From Oikopleura dioica (lineage: Eukaryota > Animalia > Chordata), in contig OU015569.1 in assembly GCA_907165135.1 (NCBI GenBank), positions 12,028,001-12,092,000 of the forward strand: a stretch of DNA of 64,000 nucleotides. The letters run 5' to 3'. A model generated the notes under the pieces. The model made no database searches, was not told where the DNA came from, and saw only the letters and a program-made list of their open reading frames with translations. Shown piece after piece: positions 37,679 to 49,811 of the stretch. The translations under genes and the position numbers were made by a program. Position 1 is the stretch's first letter. Each line of letters begins with the position of its first letter.

Positions 37679-38000
37679 GACGAACGAACGATGAATGCCG
37701 GTAAAAAATATAGATATTAATAAAATGATATCTTTCTCTATCCGTTGTTATATCAATTAATTCACGACTAAATGAAATTGGATTGGCAAGTCTAAATATT
37801 GAATAAAAAAGGAATAAGAGTGGATAAATCTGCGGTTTTTTTCCACACTGATTTGAAAGTCTAAGAAATTTCTTACAAAAAATTGAAACACATTTTTATT
37901 TAATCAAGTTTATTCACCGAAATTCCGTCACCAAATAATAAAAAATGGATAAATTTTTGTAATCAATTCTCTTTCGTGAATCTTCTTCTTTCTTCAATTA

Positions 38001-41000
38001 TTACGCATTTGAATCGATGGTGGTTTCGATCCATTTGTCGAAGGCAACAGATGAGTAGATTGTAGGCCATTTTTCCCAGCCGCAGCCTCCCTCTCGTGCA
38101 GTCCTAGAGACGACACCAAAAAGAGTCGCTACGCCATTAACGTTGCACACAAGTGGTCCGCCCGAGTCACCGTTGCAGCTTCCGAGGCCGTATTTTCCGT
38201 CATCATAATCCCCATCGTAGTCATAGTAGTCCCAGACGGTTCCTTCGGCTGCTCCGTCTGTCCATCCGTCACCATCTTCATCTGGAAGGCCAGCACAAAT
38301 ATCATAGGTTTTAACGGCGCCCATCATCGAGGAAGGGTATCCAGAATGTTTATTGCAGTAGTCAAGATCCATGATAGAGACTCCGGCGCTTTTTAAATAT
38401 CGTGAACCTTGTTGAGGGCCTTGTTCTGCGATCCTTCCAAAACCTGCGATCCAGCAAGCATCTCCGTCTTTAAAAATATCATGATTAACTTCACCCTGAA
38501 GGTCCCTGCTTATAACTTACGCTTTGGATAACTGTCCGCCAGGCAAACTTCACTTGTTAATCCTTCGCCTTGAGAGGAAATGCTCTTGTCGAATTTGATT
38601 AAGCAAAGATCAGCAAGGTCTGGTCCTGAAGTCCACCCGGGATGAACAAAAATGTTTTCCTTTGGCGCGATTCGGATAAACTCATCAGAACTTGTCAACG
38701 CTTGGTCATTGTCATTGAAGACTGCTATCACTCTGTCAGCTTTCTCGTTGTCGTCCGAAAGACAACAATGTGCAGCAGTTACCACCCAATTATCGCGAAT
38801 AATCGAGCCGCCACACCCGCCGGCATTATCACCGAAGATCAGCTGAAGTCGAGCAAACCAAGGCCAGTGAGTATGATCTGCTTGGTCGAGTCCACCAACG
38901 ATTCGAGCAGGTGATGGTTTGTTATTTGAACATGTTTTGAGCGTGCTTGGGATCTCATCTGTTCTTGGCTGGAATTGGTCACTTGCTTGACTTGCACTTG
39001 TGGAGCCCTGCGTTGATGGAGCTTGAGTTGTTGGAGCTTGATTCGTATTGGAAGCGATAGTTTGCGCGATCCAATCATCCGTCCCAGCTTCCGCAACAGC
39101 CGAAAAGATTGACGGGTAATTTTTCCAGCCGCAACCCTCTACCCGAGAAGCAACACCAAAGACAGTTGCTACACCGTCGACGTTACAAACGAGAGCTCCG
39201 CCGGAGTCACCCTGGCAGACGCCGAAGCCGTCTTTTAAATTCTCGAGATTGGTGTCGTAGTCGTCGTAGACGTTCCAGGAGGTATAGTTCAATCCGTCAG
39301 TCATTCCGTCGCCATCTTCATCTGGATAGCCAACACAAATGTCGTATGTTCTGATAGTCTCACCCTTTTGAGGATATCCAGATTTGGCATTGCAGTATTC
39401 GTGATTCATGATTGAAACTCCTGCACTCTTGAAAAATTGAGTAGAGGGAGAACCTTCTCCTTGCTTTCCAAAACCAGCAACCCAGCAAGCGTCTCCGTCT
39501 TAAAAAGACATAAATGGGGTAGGCCTCGGTTTGGAGAAAGTCGGAATTTTATTACTTCTAATACAGATTCTTAAAGGGGCTTACGTGTGGGATGCTTGTC
39601 AGCGACGCAAATTTCACGGGTTCCTTTGCCTTCTGAAGAAATACTTTTGTCGAATTTGACCAAGCAAATATCAGCCATCCCATCTTCGGTAAAGTGCCAA
39701 CCTATGTAACCTGGATGAAGAAAAATATTTTCTTTTGGCGCAACTCGGATAAACTCATCAGGATCAGTAGCGTACTGGTCAGCGTCGTTAAAAGTCGCTG
39801 TTATGCTGTCGGCGATCACGTCCAGTTTATAGTGTTTACAACAGTGCGCAGCAGTTAATACCCAGTTATCATGAATGATCGATGCACCGCACCCGCCACC
39901 GGTGCCACCAAAATCCATATAGAGTCGAGCGTACCACGGCCAGTGGGTGTGATCAGCCTTGATTCCGCCAACGATTCGAGCAGGTGATGATTGGTCATCA
40001 GAGCATGTTTTCAATGTACTTGGGATATTATCAGTTCTGGTTTTGAATTCTCCAGTCTCGGAAGTTGAAATCGTGGAACTTTGAGTCGTTGGAGCTGTCG
40101 TTGTTGAAGGTGGTGATGTAGGATTGCTATCGATTGTTGCTTCGATCCAGTTGTCCAATTTAGTTGCAACAGACGTGTAAAGTCCTGGAAAACCTTCCCA
40201 GGCGCATTTGAATCCTCTAGATACAACACCGACAAGAGTGGCAACGCCGCCTTCGTCGCATACAAGTGGTCCGCCAGAGTCACTTTGGCAAGCATCGACA
40301 CCAGCACTGAAAGCTTCGACGTGTCTTCGAAGGTTTTGTCATCGTCCCAAAGAGTACCAGCTGGTGCTCCGTCGGTTTGTCCATCGCCGTCGCTATCAGG
40401 TAGACCAGCGCAGATGTCATTCTCTGCGTAAGGACCGAATATATTGAAGTTTAGCGACTTCTCGTTACAGTAGTCGTGCGACATTATTGATATTCCAGCA
40501 CTTTTGAAAGCCGGAGATAATGGAGCGCTGTCAATATTTGATCCTGGTTGCCGATCTCGCCCTATTTTTCCAAAGCCACCGACCCAGCAAGCTTTTCCAT
40601 CTTAAAGACAAACTAAGTTTAAATTTAGAAACGTATTGACTTACGCTGAGGGGTCGACTCAGCAAGACAGATTTCACGTGTTCCTGTGCCTCCAGCAGAT
40701 ATACTCTTGTCGAATTGGATAAGACAAAGATCAGGTTTGGTTGGAGAGTCAGACCAAGATTCAGTCAGTCCATGGTGATAGTCAGGATGTGGAATGATCT
40801 TCGTTGCAGTTAGATTGAATTCGCCAGGGTTTTCTTCGAATTGGTTCGAATCATTAAAGATAGCTAAAACTCCATCAGCATCGCCTAGTTTGCTATCTTG
40901 GCAGCAATGCGCAGCAGTTACAACCCAGTTGTCACGAATAATCGAGCCACCGCAAGGAGCCATATTGTGCAGCTCGCCCCAGGAAAAGTAAAGTCGAGCG

Positions 41001-43127
41001 AACCAAGGCCAGTGTTGGTGATTCGCCTCGATTCCACCAATTATACGAGCAGATGATGGAACATTATTGGAGCAGGTTTTTAGCGAACTTGGAATAGCAT
41101 TCGTTCTCTTCTCGAATTCTTCAGCTGCTGGAGTTGAAGCCGTAGAGCTTTGAGTCGATTGGGTCGTTGGAGCTTGCGTCGTTGGAGGTTTCGTCGTTGG
41201 AGGTTGCGTCGTTGGAGGTGGAACTGTTGGATTATTAGCGATGATTTCTTCAATCCAGTTGTCCATGGCAACAGACGTGTACATACCAGGAAAACTTTCC
41301 CAAGCGCATCCTTCTCCTCTCGAAACAACGCCGACAAGAGTGGCAACACCGCCCTCGTCACAAACAAGGGGACCACCTGAGTCACTTTGGCAACTATCGA
41401 GTCCATTGCTAAACGCCTCAAGATTGGTTGCTTCGTCTAAGCTCTCGTCCCAATAAGTTTCAACGGGTGCTCCGTCGGTCAATCCATCCATATTAACATC
41501 AGGGAGGCCCGCGCAGATATCTTCCTTCGCGTAATTGCCGAAGATTTCGTGATTCTGCGATTTTGCTTCGCAGTATTGTCGCGACATGATTGATACTCCA
41601 ACACTTTTGAATTCTGGAGATAGTGGAGCTTCTTCGCCAACGAATTTGCCAGATCTTCCGATCGTACCAAATCCAGCAACCCAGCACGCTTTTCCATCTA
41701 AGAATTATTCATTTTCAATTTTGTCTTTTAAAATTTTACGTACGCTTAGGAAGTGCGTTTGTGAGGCAAATCTCACTGGTCCCTTGGCCGGCAGCAGATA
41801 TACTTGTCTCGAATTTGATCAGACAAAGATCGGGCTTAGTCGGAGAGTCAGACCATTCTTCAGTAAATTCATACCGGAAATCATCATGTGTGAAGAAGTT
41901 TTGGCTAGTTGCCGTAAGATTAAATTCACCAGGATTGAATTCATTCTGATTCGAGTCATTGAATACGGCTAAAACACCATCTGGATCGCCGTTTGGATCT
42001 TGGCAACAGTGAGCAGCAGTGACAACCCAGTTGTCTCGAATAATCGAGCCACCGCAAGGGCTCTCAACGTACTCGCCGTCATAGGAAAAGTGAAGTCGAG
42101 CGAACCAAGGCCAATGTTGGTGATTCGCGATGGTTCCGCCGACAATACGAGCTGACGATGGACTGTTGTTAGTGCACGTTTTTAGCGAACTTGGGATCTC
42201 GTTCGTTCGTTCTTCGAAATTCTCAGAGTATGGGCAATCTGCTCCGCTTCTAGCATCACATGGGACTTGTTGTCTTAGCTCAGCAATGTCAGCATCAGTG
42301 ATCATTCCCCGAGCTTTGGCGAGTTCCAGCCGCAAACCCGATTGTTCCATCGTGGACAAGTGCAAGTAGCGCCGATTCCGCCAAATCTCTCGCCCGTTGC
42401 ATCGTAGACAATGTCAAGATGCTCGTTCTTCGAGGTGTAGATGCATTTCTTCTTGCCAACGTGAGTAGACTTACATTCAACGGCGATTCCATTCGGAGGA
42501 GGAGCAAGATCAGGACATGTTTTGCACTCGCCAAGCTCTCGTTTCCAAAAAACTGTTTGATGTTATTGAATCGGCATTTTGTGCGTCTTCTTCCGACAGC
42601 AACGAAACCTAAAAAATCAATTTCAAAATTTTTGCATTTCTTACAAGAAATGAAATGGGTGATGTCTAGAACCGACAAAAAATTTCGACAAATTTTGCGT
42701 GGGCGGCTACTCGGCTGCTGATTGGCCGGTTGCCGAATCCAGCCTTCCGATTGGTTGAAAATTTCCGCGCAAAATTTGTCGAAATTTTTTGTCGGTTCCA
42801 CATTAAAAATCGACCTAATCTCGGTTTTTACTGTATCCCTGTACTTCTATTATTATTTGGAATAAATACCTTGATTACAGACAAGAGCGCATGTTGCTTG
42901 ATCACAGACGACTTTTCCATTCTCAGGAGCGGTCAGCGGAGGGCAATTTCCATGAAAAGAGGCAATTCGATCAGTTGGTGCACCCCATCCAGTCTTCTTC
43001 TGATTCAAAGCTCGAAGAAAATCTTCATACTTTGGCTGCTCATAAGCATTTGTTAGAGCAAGGATGCTAGCAAGAAGCTAAAAAAATTAACAATTGAAAA
43101 TAAGAAAAAAAGTGTTACTACCTTCAT
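38001..43127 (-). CDS. Secreted polyprotease: signal peptide, 1-2 CCP/sushi-like modules, four tandem S1 (chymotrypsin-fold) domains; exons 43127-43122, 43077-42870, 42608-41744, 41697-40645, 40600-39585, 39498-38521, 38467-38001
   Basis: [13 protein letters not shown] signal; four AR|I(V/I)GG activation sites, four TAAHC, four D(L/I)CL Asp motifs, four DSGG motifs; all introns GT-AG, with one phase-1 intron at the same position in each domain. Three 1-nt deletions (42547-42552, 42307-42310, 40322) must be corrected for one ORF. Confidence 0.9.
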
Positions 43128-44219
43128 CTCTGCTTTGAAAACTTGTGAACTTGACAATTGCCGGCCTTGATTTTAAACAGTCAGATTGGCATTTGATTAA
43201 TATCATTGAATTGAGATTCAGTAGCAATTAAATTCTAAAACCGGGAAAACGTGAGAATTAGAAACCATGACCTTCAAAGCCGCTTGAAAATTTCATTCGA
43301 AAATGGTAACTTGCAAGAATTTTGCTGAGAAAATCTAGATGCTCCTTGAAATTGGCGATTTTTTAAAAAAAACGGGAATAACGACCTTTAATCATAATGC
43401 ATAACGAGTCTGGTGGAGTCCGCAGACGCATAAACATTAAAAAGAGAGAAAATTTTTTTCGGAAAAAATCGCGATTTTACCACCAAAAATCCAAAATTTT
43501 AATTTTTACTATTTTTTATAAAATCAAAAATGTGCTTAGCCTAGCTTACAAGAAATTTAGCCAATTTTAGGTCTAAACCAATTTTCGGAAAATTTAATTT
43601 TGGAGAAATGAATTTTGAAACGATTAATTTTTAAAAATCTAGGACCGACTTATATTGGAAATCCAAATCTCTAGGATCCATTTTTGGATGACCAATAAGA
43701 TTACCGTATTTGGCCTACCGGCCAATCAAAACCCTTCTCCATAAAATCATTTCAAAAATAAGTTCTTCCCAAATTACTCGTTTCAAAATAATTTTATCCC
43801 CACTAATTGTTCCTAAATTATTTTATTCTCACTAATCGTTTCTCTACTAACTTCTCCAAAATTAAATTTTCCAAAAATTGGTTTTACCCCAATTTTATCA
43901 AAAATTCATCGATTTTTTAATTTTAATAAATTTAAGCGCAGCGTTTTTATATTTCACCAAAAGAAAAATCAAGACTGAAGCAAAATGCAAATGTTGATGT
44001 GTGCCTCTTACAGTAAGGTCGTTACAGTAACTGAATGATAAGCAAAGTGGCATTCGTGGACAGACGGCGACTTCTGAGAGTCAATTTATCTATCTCTGCG
44101 GTGAAATATTAATCCTCTAAATGAGAGAGTGGCTTTACTTGTTTTTAACTAACTAAGAATTAATTCTGACGCTCTTTATCAAACCACATTTTCATTTTTC
44201 GACAAAAAAAGAGAAAAAA

Positions 44220-45746
44220 TATATAGTGTAAGACTACCGAACTATCCCCTAGCTTTCTTTGGCACACAATCTTTCCCCTACCGATTCTCTTTCTTATTTC
44301 CTGTTTCACACCTTTCCTCTCGGCATATAATCAAGCCGACTTCTCTCTCTGCATTCATTCACTCACTCGACATCACATTCACCACAATAAAACTCCTCCT
44401 CATCATCGAGCCATTTTGAGTCCTTTTTGTTCCAGTCAAGTCCCACACTATATAGTTTGGTGACTGATCAACAGATCGAACTAAGAGATTCCCCGAAGAG
44501 CCGCTCCAATAACTCAAATGGCTGAAAAAGAAGAAGAGGAGGAGAAGAAAAATCTATCTTCAAGCTAATCACCACCTCAACAATGACGACAACTACTCCA
44601 ACAATTCCATCCACCTCTCCCACTTCATTACCATCAACATTTTCAATGACCACATCTCAAGTACATTAACTACAACAACTACATCTTAAACTAGACGTCA
44701 GCCAATCTCTGGGTGCAACCCACAACCAGCAAAACGACTACTACTTCGACCAAATCGACTTCAACTCATCCTCCATCATCACCTTGAAACAGCTAAAAAA
44801 TTCTTCCAAAAGTATCTCCTTTCAAATTCTATCTTTTTTTGACTCATTAATCTATTTTATTATTTAAAATTCTAGTAATTTTTAAATTTATGATAATTCT
44901 AAAATAATTATTAAAACTTAAATTTTGCCTTTATAATGCTCATGTTTTGAAGAGCGCCCATACCGAGAGTTCCGCCTTATTTCCGTATACTTGAGTAAAA
45001 GAAAAATTTTTCGGGATTTTAAGAGTATTCTCAGAACGTAAAAATTTAATGCTAAGAATTCTACTGGGGACGCTTGGTTAAATGATAATTATCGCGTAGC
45101 ACTCTCGAATTACTGGTGAATTTCTTTACTAGTTCGCCACAGAAACACAGAAAAAAATAGGTCGGGGTATCCCTAAAGAGGCTAGATTCGACGTTCGCCA
45201 GTAACCGTGAGATGGTCCTTGTTACCTGACACTCATCATTTTATTATTCTTATCAATTAATATTTTTCGCGATATGATGGCTCTTAGCATTAGCAAACAA
45301 ATTAAACTCCAGAAACACTTATCAAGTTAGTCAATAAAGCTATGGCAACTACTGAACGCGACACACCTTCTCAAGAATCCATAAATCAGTTAAACGTGCT
45401 CGCCAAAACTTATTCTTTAAATTTCGCCAAAAACGATTTATTAATTTCTTTGATACAGTGACTATTTCTTTTAATTCTACCTGAGCTTCGCTCACTATAA
45501 AGTAGGGAGGGCTATATATAGTGTAAGACTACCGAACTATCCCCTAGCTTTCTTTGGCACACAATCTTTCCCCTACCGATTCTCTTTCTTATTTCCTGTT
45601 TCACACCTTTCCTCTCGGCATATAATCAAGCCGACTTCTCTCTCTGCATTCATTCACTCACTCGACATCACATTCACCACAATAAAACTCCTCCTCATCA
45701 TCGAGCCATTTTGAGTCCTTTTGTTCCAGTCAAGTCCCACACTATA
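44220..45746 (+). mobile_element. Non-autonomous LTR retroelement (TRIM/LARD-like), LTRs 44220-44452 and 45515-45746
   Basis: Two ~232-bp direct repeats identical except one T in a homopolymer; inverted ends TATAGTGT...ACACTATA; internal TATAA and AATAAA; PBS-like TGGTGAC at 44458; polypurine tract AAAGTAGGGAGGG at 45499-45511; no RT, integrase or gag motif found. Confidence 0.85.
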
Positions 45747-47289
45747 AAAAGAGGGGCTGAAAAGATGGGATTTGAAGAACTCGAGTTTCCAGAGGTAAAA
45801 GATTGGATTCGCTGATTTCAATTAGTTTATTGAGTTGTTTTTTATTATCGGCTTCGTTGGATTTTAGCGATCATCCTCCGGAGCATCCTTAAAAGTCGAG
45901 TTTGATATTTTCTTTTTCAGTCTTCTGGATCACACACGAGAGCGGCGCTTTGTTTCTTTATACTTTGGGTAAGAAAAACTCAAAAATCTTTTCTAAAAAT
46001 ATATTTTTCATTTTTTCCTTTTTTCAAATTTTTCAATGTCCCCAAAAATAAGGGTGGATTTAAAAAACGCGGCGTTGCGTAAAACCAACTCGATGGAATG
46101 AATCTGGAGAAGCGACCGCAAAGTCTTGTATGTACGTACAATAATAGCCAGTTCCGGGGTGGTTATGTCAGACCGGAACTGGTTCCACTAAAACACCCGC
46201 CGCCTGCTTCGACAAAAATACTCAACCACATTTTTTTACCACGGCGACGATCTCTCTAATTTCTGGCGACGAGACTAAACAGAAAATGAAAATCGAGGAA
46301 TTTTTCATTCTCAAAAAATAATTAACTAGTAGATAGCCCCTTTACGGAGCAATATTGGCTCGCCAAGCTGAGTCAGGGTTCTAAAGGAGTAAAATGAAAA
46401 GCCGCGTAGCGGCTTTTCAAAACGAAGCCGCAAAGCGGCTTCGCTAGTTGAAATAATTCATTGAGTCGGTAACTGTGGCGAAGCCGCTTTGCGGCTTCGT
46501 TTTGAAAAAGCCGCTACGCGGCTTTTCATTTTACTCCTTTAGAACCCTAACTCAGGTTTTTACTCAGGTTGCCGAGCCCAGCGGAAAACTGTGCAGAAAA
46601 CCTAAGACAGGGTCGAGCTTCGTTGAAAGTTGTTTCAAGCCCCTGACTCAGGGTTCTCAAACAGGTTGCCAAGCCCAGGAGCAGGCACTAGATAGGCTAT
46701 CTAAGATAGCCACTCTTCTCGGAGATTCGTTTCAAGTCATATTTCTTTATTATTTTTTATTATTTTTGCTCCATTTTTCTTTGATTCTACTGATAAGTAA
46801 CGTTTTCCGACTAAGCTAAAAATGAAAAAGTCAAAAACAAGTTGCCGAAAGAGCAGTTATGGTGTCTCTTTTTCTTTTCTAGAGAATATTTTAGTTTGTG
46901 ATCGGTCTTGGGCGTTGCTTTCGTAAATGCACAAAATCGACGCTGGATCGGTGAGTTTAGAGTTATGGATGGACGGAGGCTTTGAATACTAATTTATGAA
47001 AATGGGCTCCTAAGGCTCATCATTCCTATTTAGGCTGCTGGACAAAGAGCTGCGCCAAGAGCTTTCTCCCGAGCGGGCCAGGTTTAATTTTCTTTTTTTC
47101 TTTCTAGAGATCTCTTCGGAATTACTTACCGAGGCTGCTCATTGCAAAACCACCCAAAACACTAATCAGAAGCGATCGAAAGCTACAGTCTCAAAACTAA
47201 CAGTTTTACTCTCCAATAAGACTCTTCGCTCTTGTTTTAACAAGGGTATCTCCCTTATTTTTCCATCAAAATTTTCTTGACTTTAAGGG

Positions 47290-47443
47290 GGTGGTGTCTG
47301 GAACCGACAAAAAATTTCGACAAATTTTGCGTGGGCGGGTACTCGGCTGCTGATTGGCCGGTTCGCCGAATCCAGGCTTCTGATTGGCTAAAAATTTTCA
47401 CGCAAAATTTGTCGAAATTTTTTTGTCGGTTCCAGACACCTCC
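47290..47443. mobile_element. MITE family B representative (~11 copies: 9468, 14670, 16553, 16800, 27230, 42671, 47290, 47948, 51865, 54960, 62635)
   Basis: TIR (GGTGTCT)GGAACCGACAAAAAATTTCGACAAATTTTGCGTG around a core GGGCGG...CTGATTGG(23 nt)CTGATTGG. Confidence 0.85.
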
Positions 47444-49811
47444 CTCTTTAAGGGGTCCCCATAGGTTTTGCGAAAGTGCGAAAAACCGATGGGGACCCCT
47501 TAATCCTTTATCGTTACCCTTATCTAACCAATAAGTTTTGAGCGAGAAAGCTTCAAAAGATATTTTTCCGGAAACGTGAGTGGTCTTATAATGAGCAGGC
47601 TGTGTAGCTAATGCGAGTGTATCTGGCGCGATAATGCTAAACCGGACAAAGGTGCTCGGAATCGGCGAGTATTCAAGAATGCGCTCTCCAGATGCCGAAA
47701 TTGAAGCTCAACTTTAAGCCACAAATATGAAAATACGCGGCATACGTATTTCAAACAAGCGTGTCAATTATTTGTGTTGAATACGTGAAACTCAAAGTAT
47801 ATCTTCTCGCCACTCGCAACTTGTTGAAGTCAAAACAATCTTTCTATAAATTTCTTATGATCAATGATCATCGTAATTAATTTTTAAACAACGATGAAAT
47901 TATTTTCAAAGAAAATTCATGAGGTCAATTTTATGGGGAGGTGTCATGAACCGACAAAAAATTCGACAAATTTTGCATGGAAATTTTCAACCAATCAGAA
48001 GCCTGGATTCGGCTCACTGACCAATGAGCAGCCGAGTAGCCGCCCACGCAAAATTTGTCGAATTTTTTGTCGCTTCCTGACGCCACCCCAAATTGGGGTC
48101 CCCAATTTTAAGGGGTCGCAGGTGAAAGCGAGTTTTCGAAAAATAGCGAACTGACATCCTTATTTCTTCGTTTCTCTTTTACAGTAAACTTCACCTGTTT
48201 TCGAAAAGAAAAATTAACAGAGTGACACCCTTATTTTCTCTTCAAAAATAATCGAATAAATAAGGATGTCAATTCTTTATTTCAAATCGTTTTTTATGAT
48301 GGCGACTCCCTTAAAATTTCCTCTTGGGCAAATGAGATGCCGTAAGTTTCGCGTGGTAAGTTACGTGTCTGAATAATTAGCCGGTTTAAGATGATAGCTG
48401 TCACTCGTGTGAATATTGACTTCAAGTACAAGTTTAGACAACATTGACATCACTTCAGAAATTATACGAGCTTCGCGTTTTGGAGAGCGCGGCGAAAGTA
48501 AATGCACCAAGGAGCTGTTCGACGACGACTGCGACTATCCCAAGTTTAGATGGATGAAGAAAAGGGTCGAGAAAGAAATTCAAAGCGGGTTCCAAATCCA
48601 AAAGCTGGGCTCGGGAACCTGTGTCGAAAACCTGACTCAGGCTTTGAAGACCAAAATGAAAAGCCGCGTAGCGGCTTTTGAAAACGAAGCCGCAAAGCGG
48701 CTTCGCAACACAATCAATCTTATCCATTTTCAAATATTTGCGAAGCCGCAAATATAAAAGCCGCTACACGGCATTTCATTTCAGCGCTTCAAAACCTGAC
48801 TCAGGTTTTCTAAACAGAAAAATTTCAATTGAAAGTTTTCTCATAATTTTCCGTGAATTGAGCTTTAGAGCCTCCGAGTCAATCTGGGAAGGCATTGATC
48901 GCCGCATAGCTCGACCCTGTTTCAGATTCTCTTCTTCGTTCAAATACTCACAGGCATAGCATGCGTCGCCGCCACTGCCTTTCTTATATGCAGGGCTCAG
49001 CAATTAGCATTTCTAGCGCCATTTGCATTTTTCAAGTTGCAAACGCGTTCACTAAACAAAATGAAAGCGACTCTCTTTTGAGGACTCTTTCTCACGCTTT
49101 CGCTGCTAAAATAATGAATTACCACTCAATTATTATTCTTCTTTATTTCATGTTTGAATAAGGGGTAGAGACCGTTAAACCTGTTTTTCAGGATCAAGGT
49201 TTTTCTCCAATAGCTTTCCTTATACTACCATTCTGGGCTCGGCAACCTGAGTAGAAAACCTGAGTCAGTTTCTGAAAGAGCAAAGATGAAAAGCCGCGTA
49301 GCGGCTTTTAGAAACGAAGCCGCGAAGCGGCTTCGCCAGAATTTAAATATAAGATGGAATGATAATCGGCTTTTCATTTTTGCTCTTTCAGACCCTGACT
49401 CGGGTTTTCTACTCAGGTACTTAATACTAAGAAGGTTTAAGTGTCAATAGGATAAGTGTCCTGTGTAAGCCTGTGTTAAAAACCTGAGTCAGGATTTGAA
49501 AATTTTAAATAAAAAAGCCGCTAAGCAGATTGGCCGAAATTATCATTTTCATTGGATGAAAACAACAAAATCCTGACTCAGGTTTTTCACACAGGTTCTG
49601 AACCGAGCTCAGGTCTGAAGATCTCGACTAGTTCTCCATGAATAGCTTGTAAAACTAGACTTGAAAAGAGCTACAAAGAAAGAAGGACTAATCTATGTTA
49701 GATAACTGATAACAAGGGATTCTTTGTAGCAATTAGGAAACAAATCTCTTTCAAGTTTAATTATGTAAATGAGCTGTAATTGTTTTGCCAATAAATGCGC
49801 CCTTTGAAAAG

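Noticed and set aside
36215-37720. Paired similar ORFs (36215/37469 and 36619/36806)
   Set aside because: Products of the inverted-repeat arms with no coding signature.
40322-40322. Programmed frameshift in protease domain 2
   Set aside because: No slippery heptamer; the same 1-nt homopolymer deletion pattern occurs at several other sites, so error is simpler.
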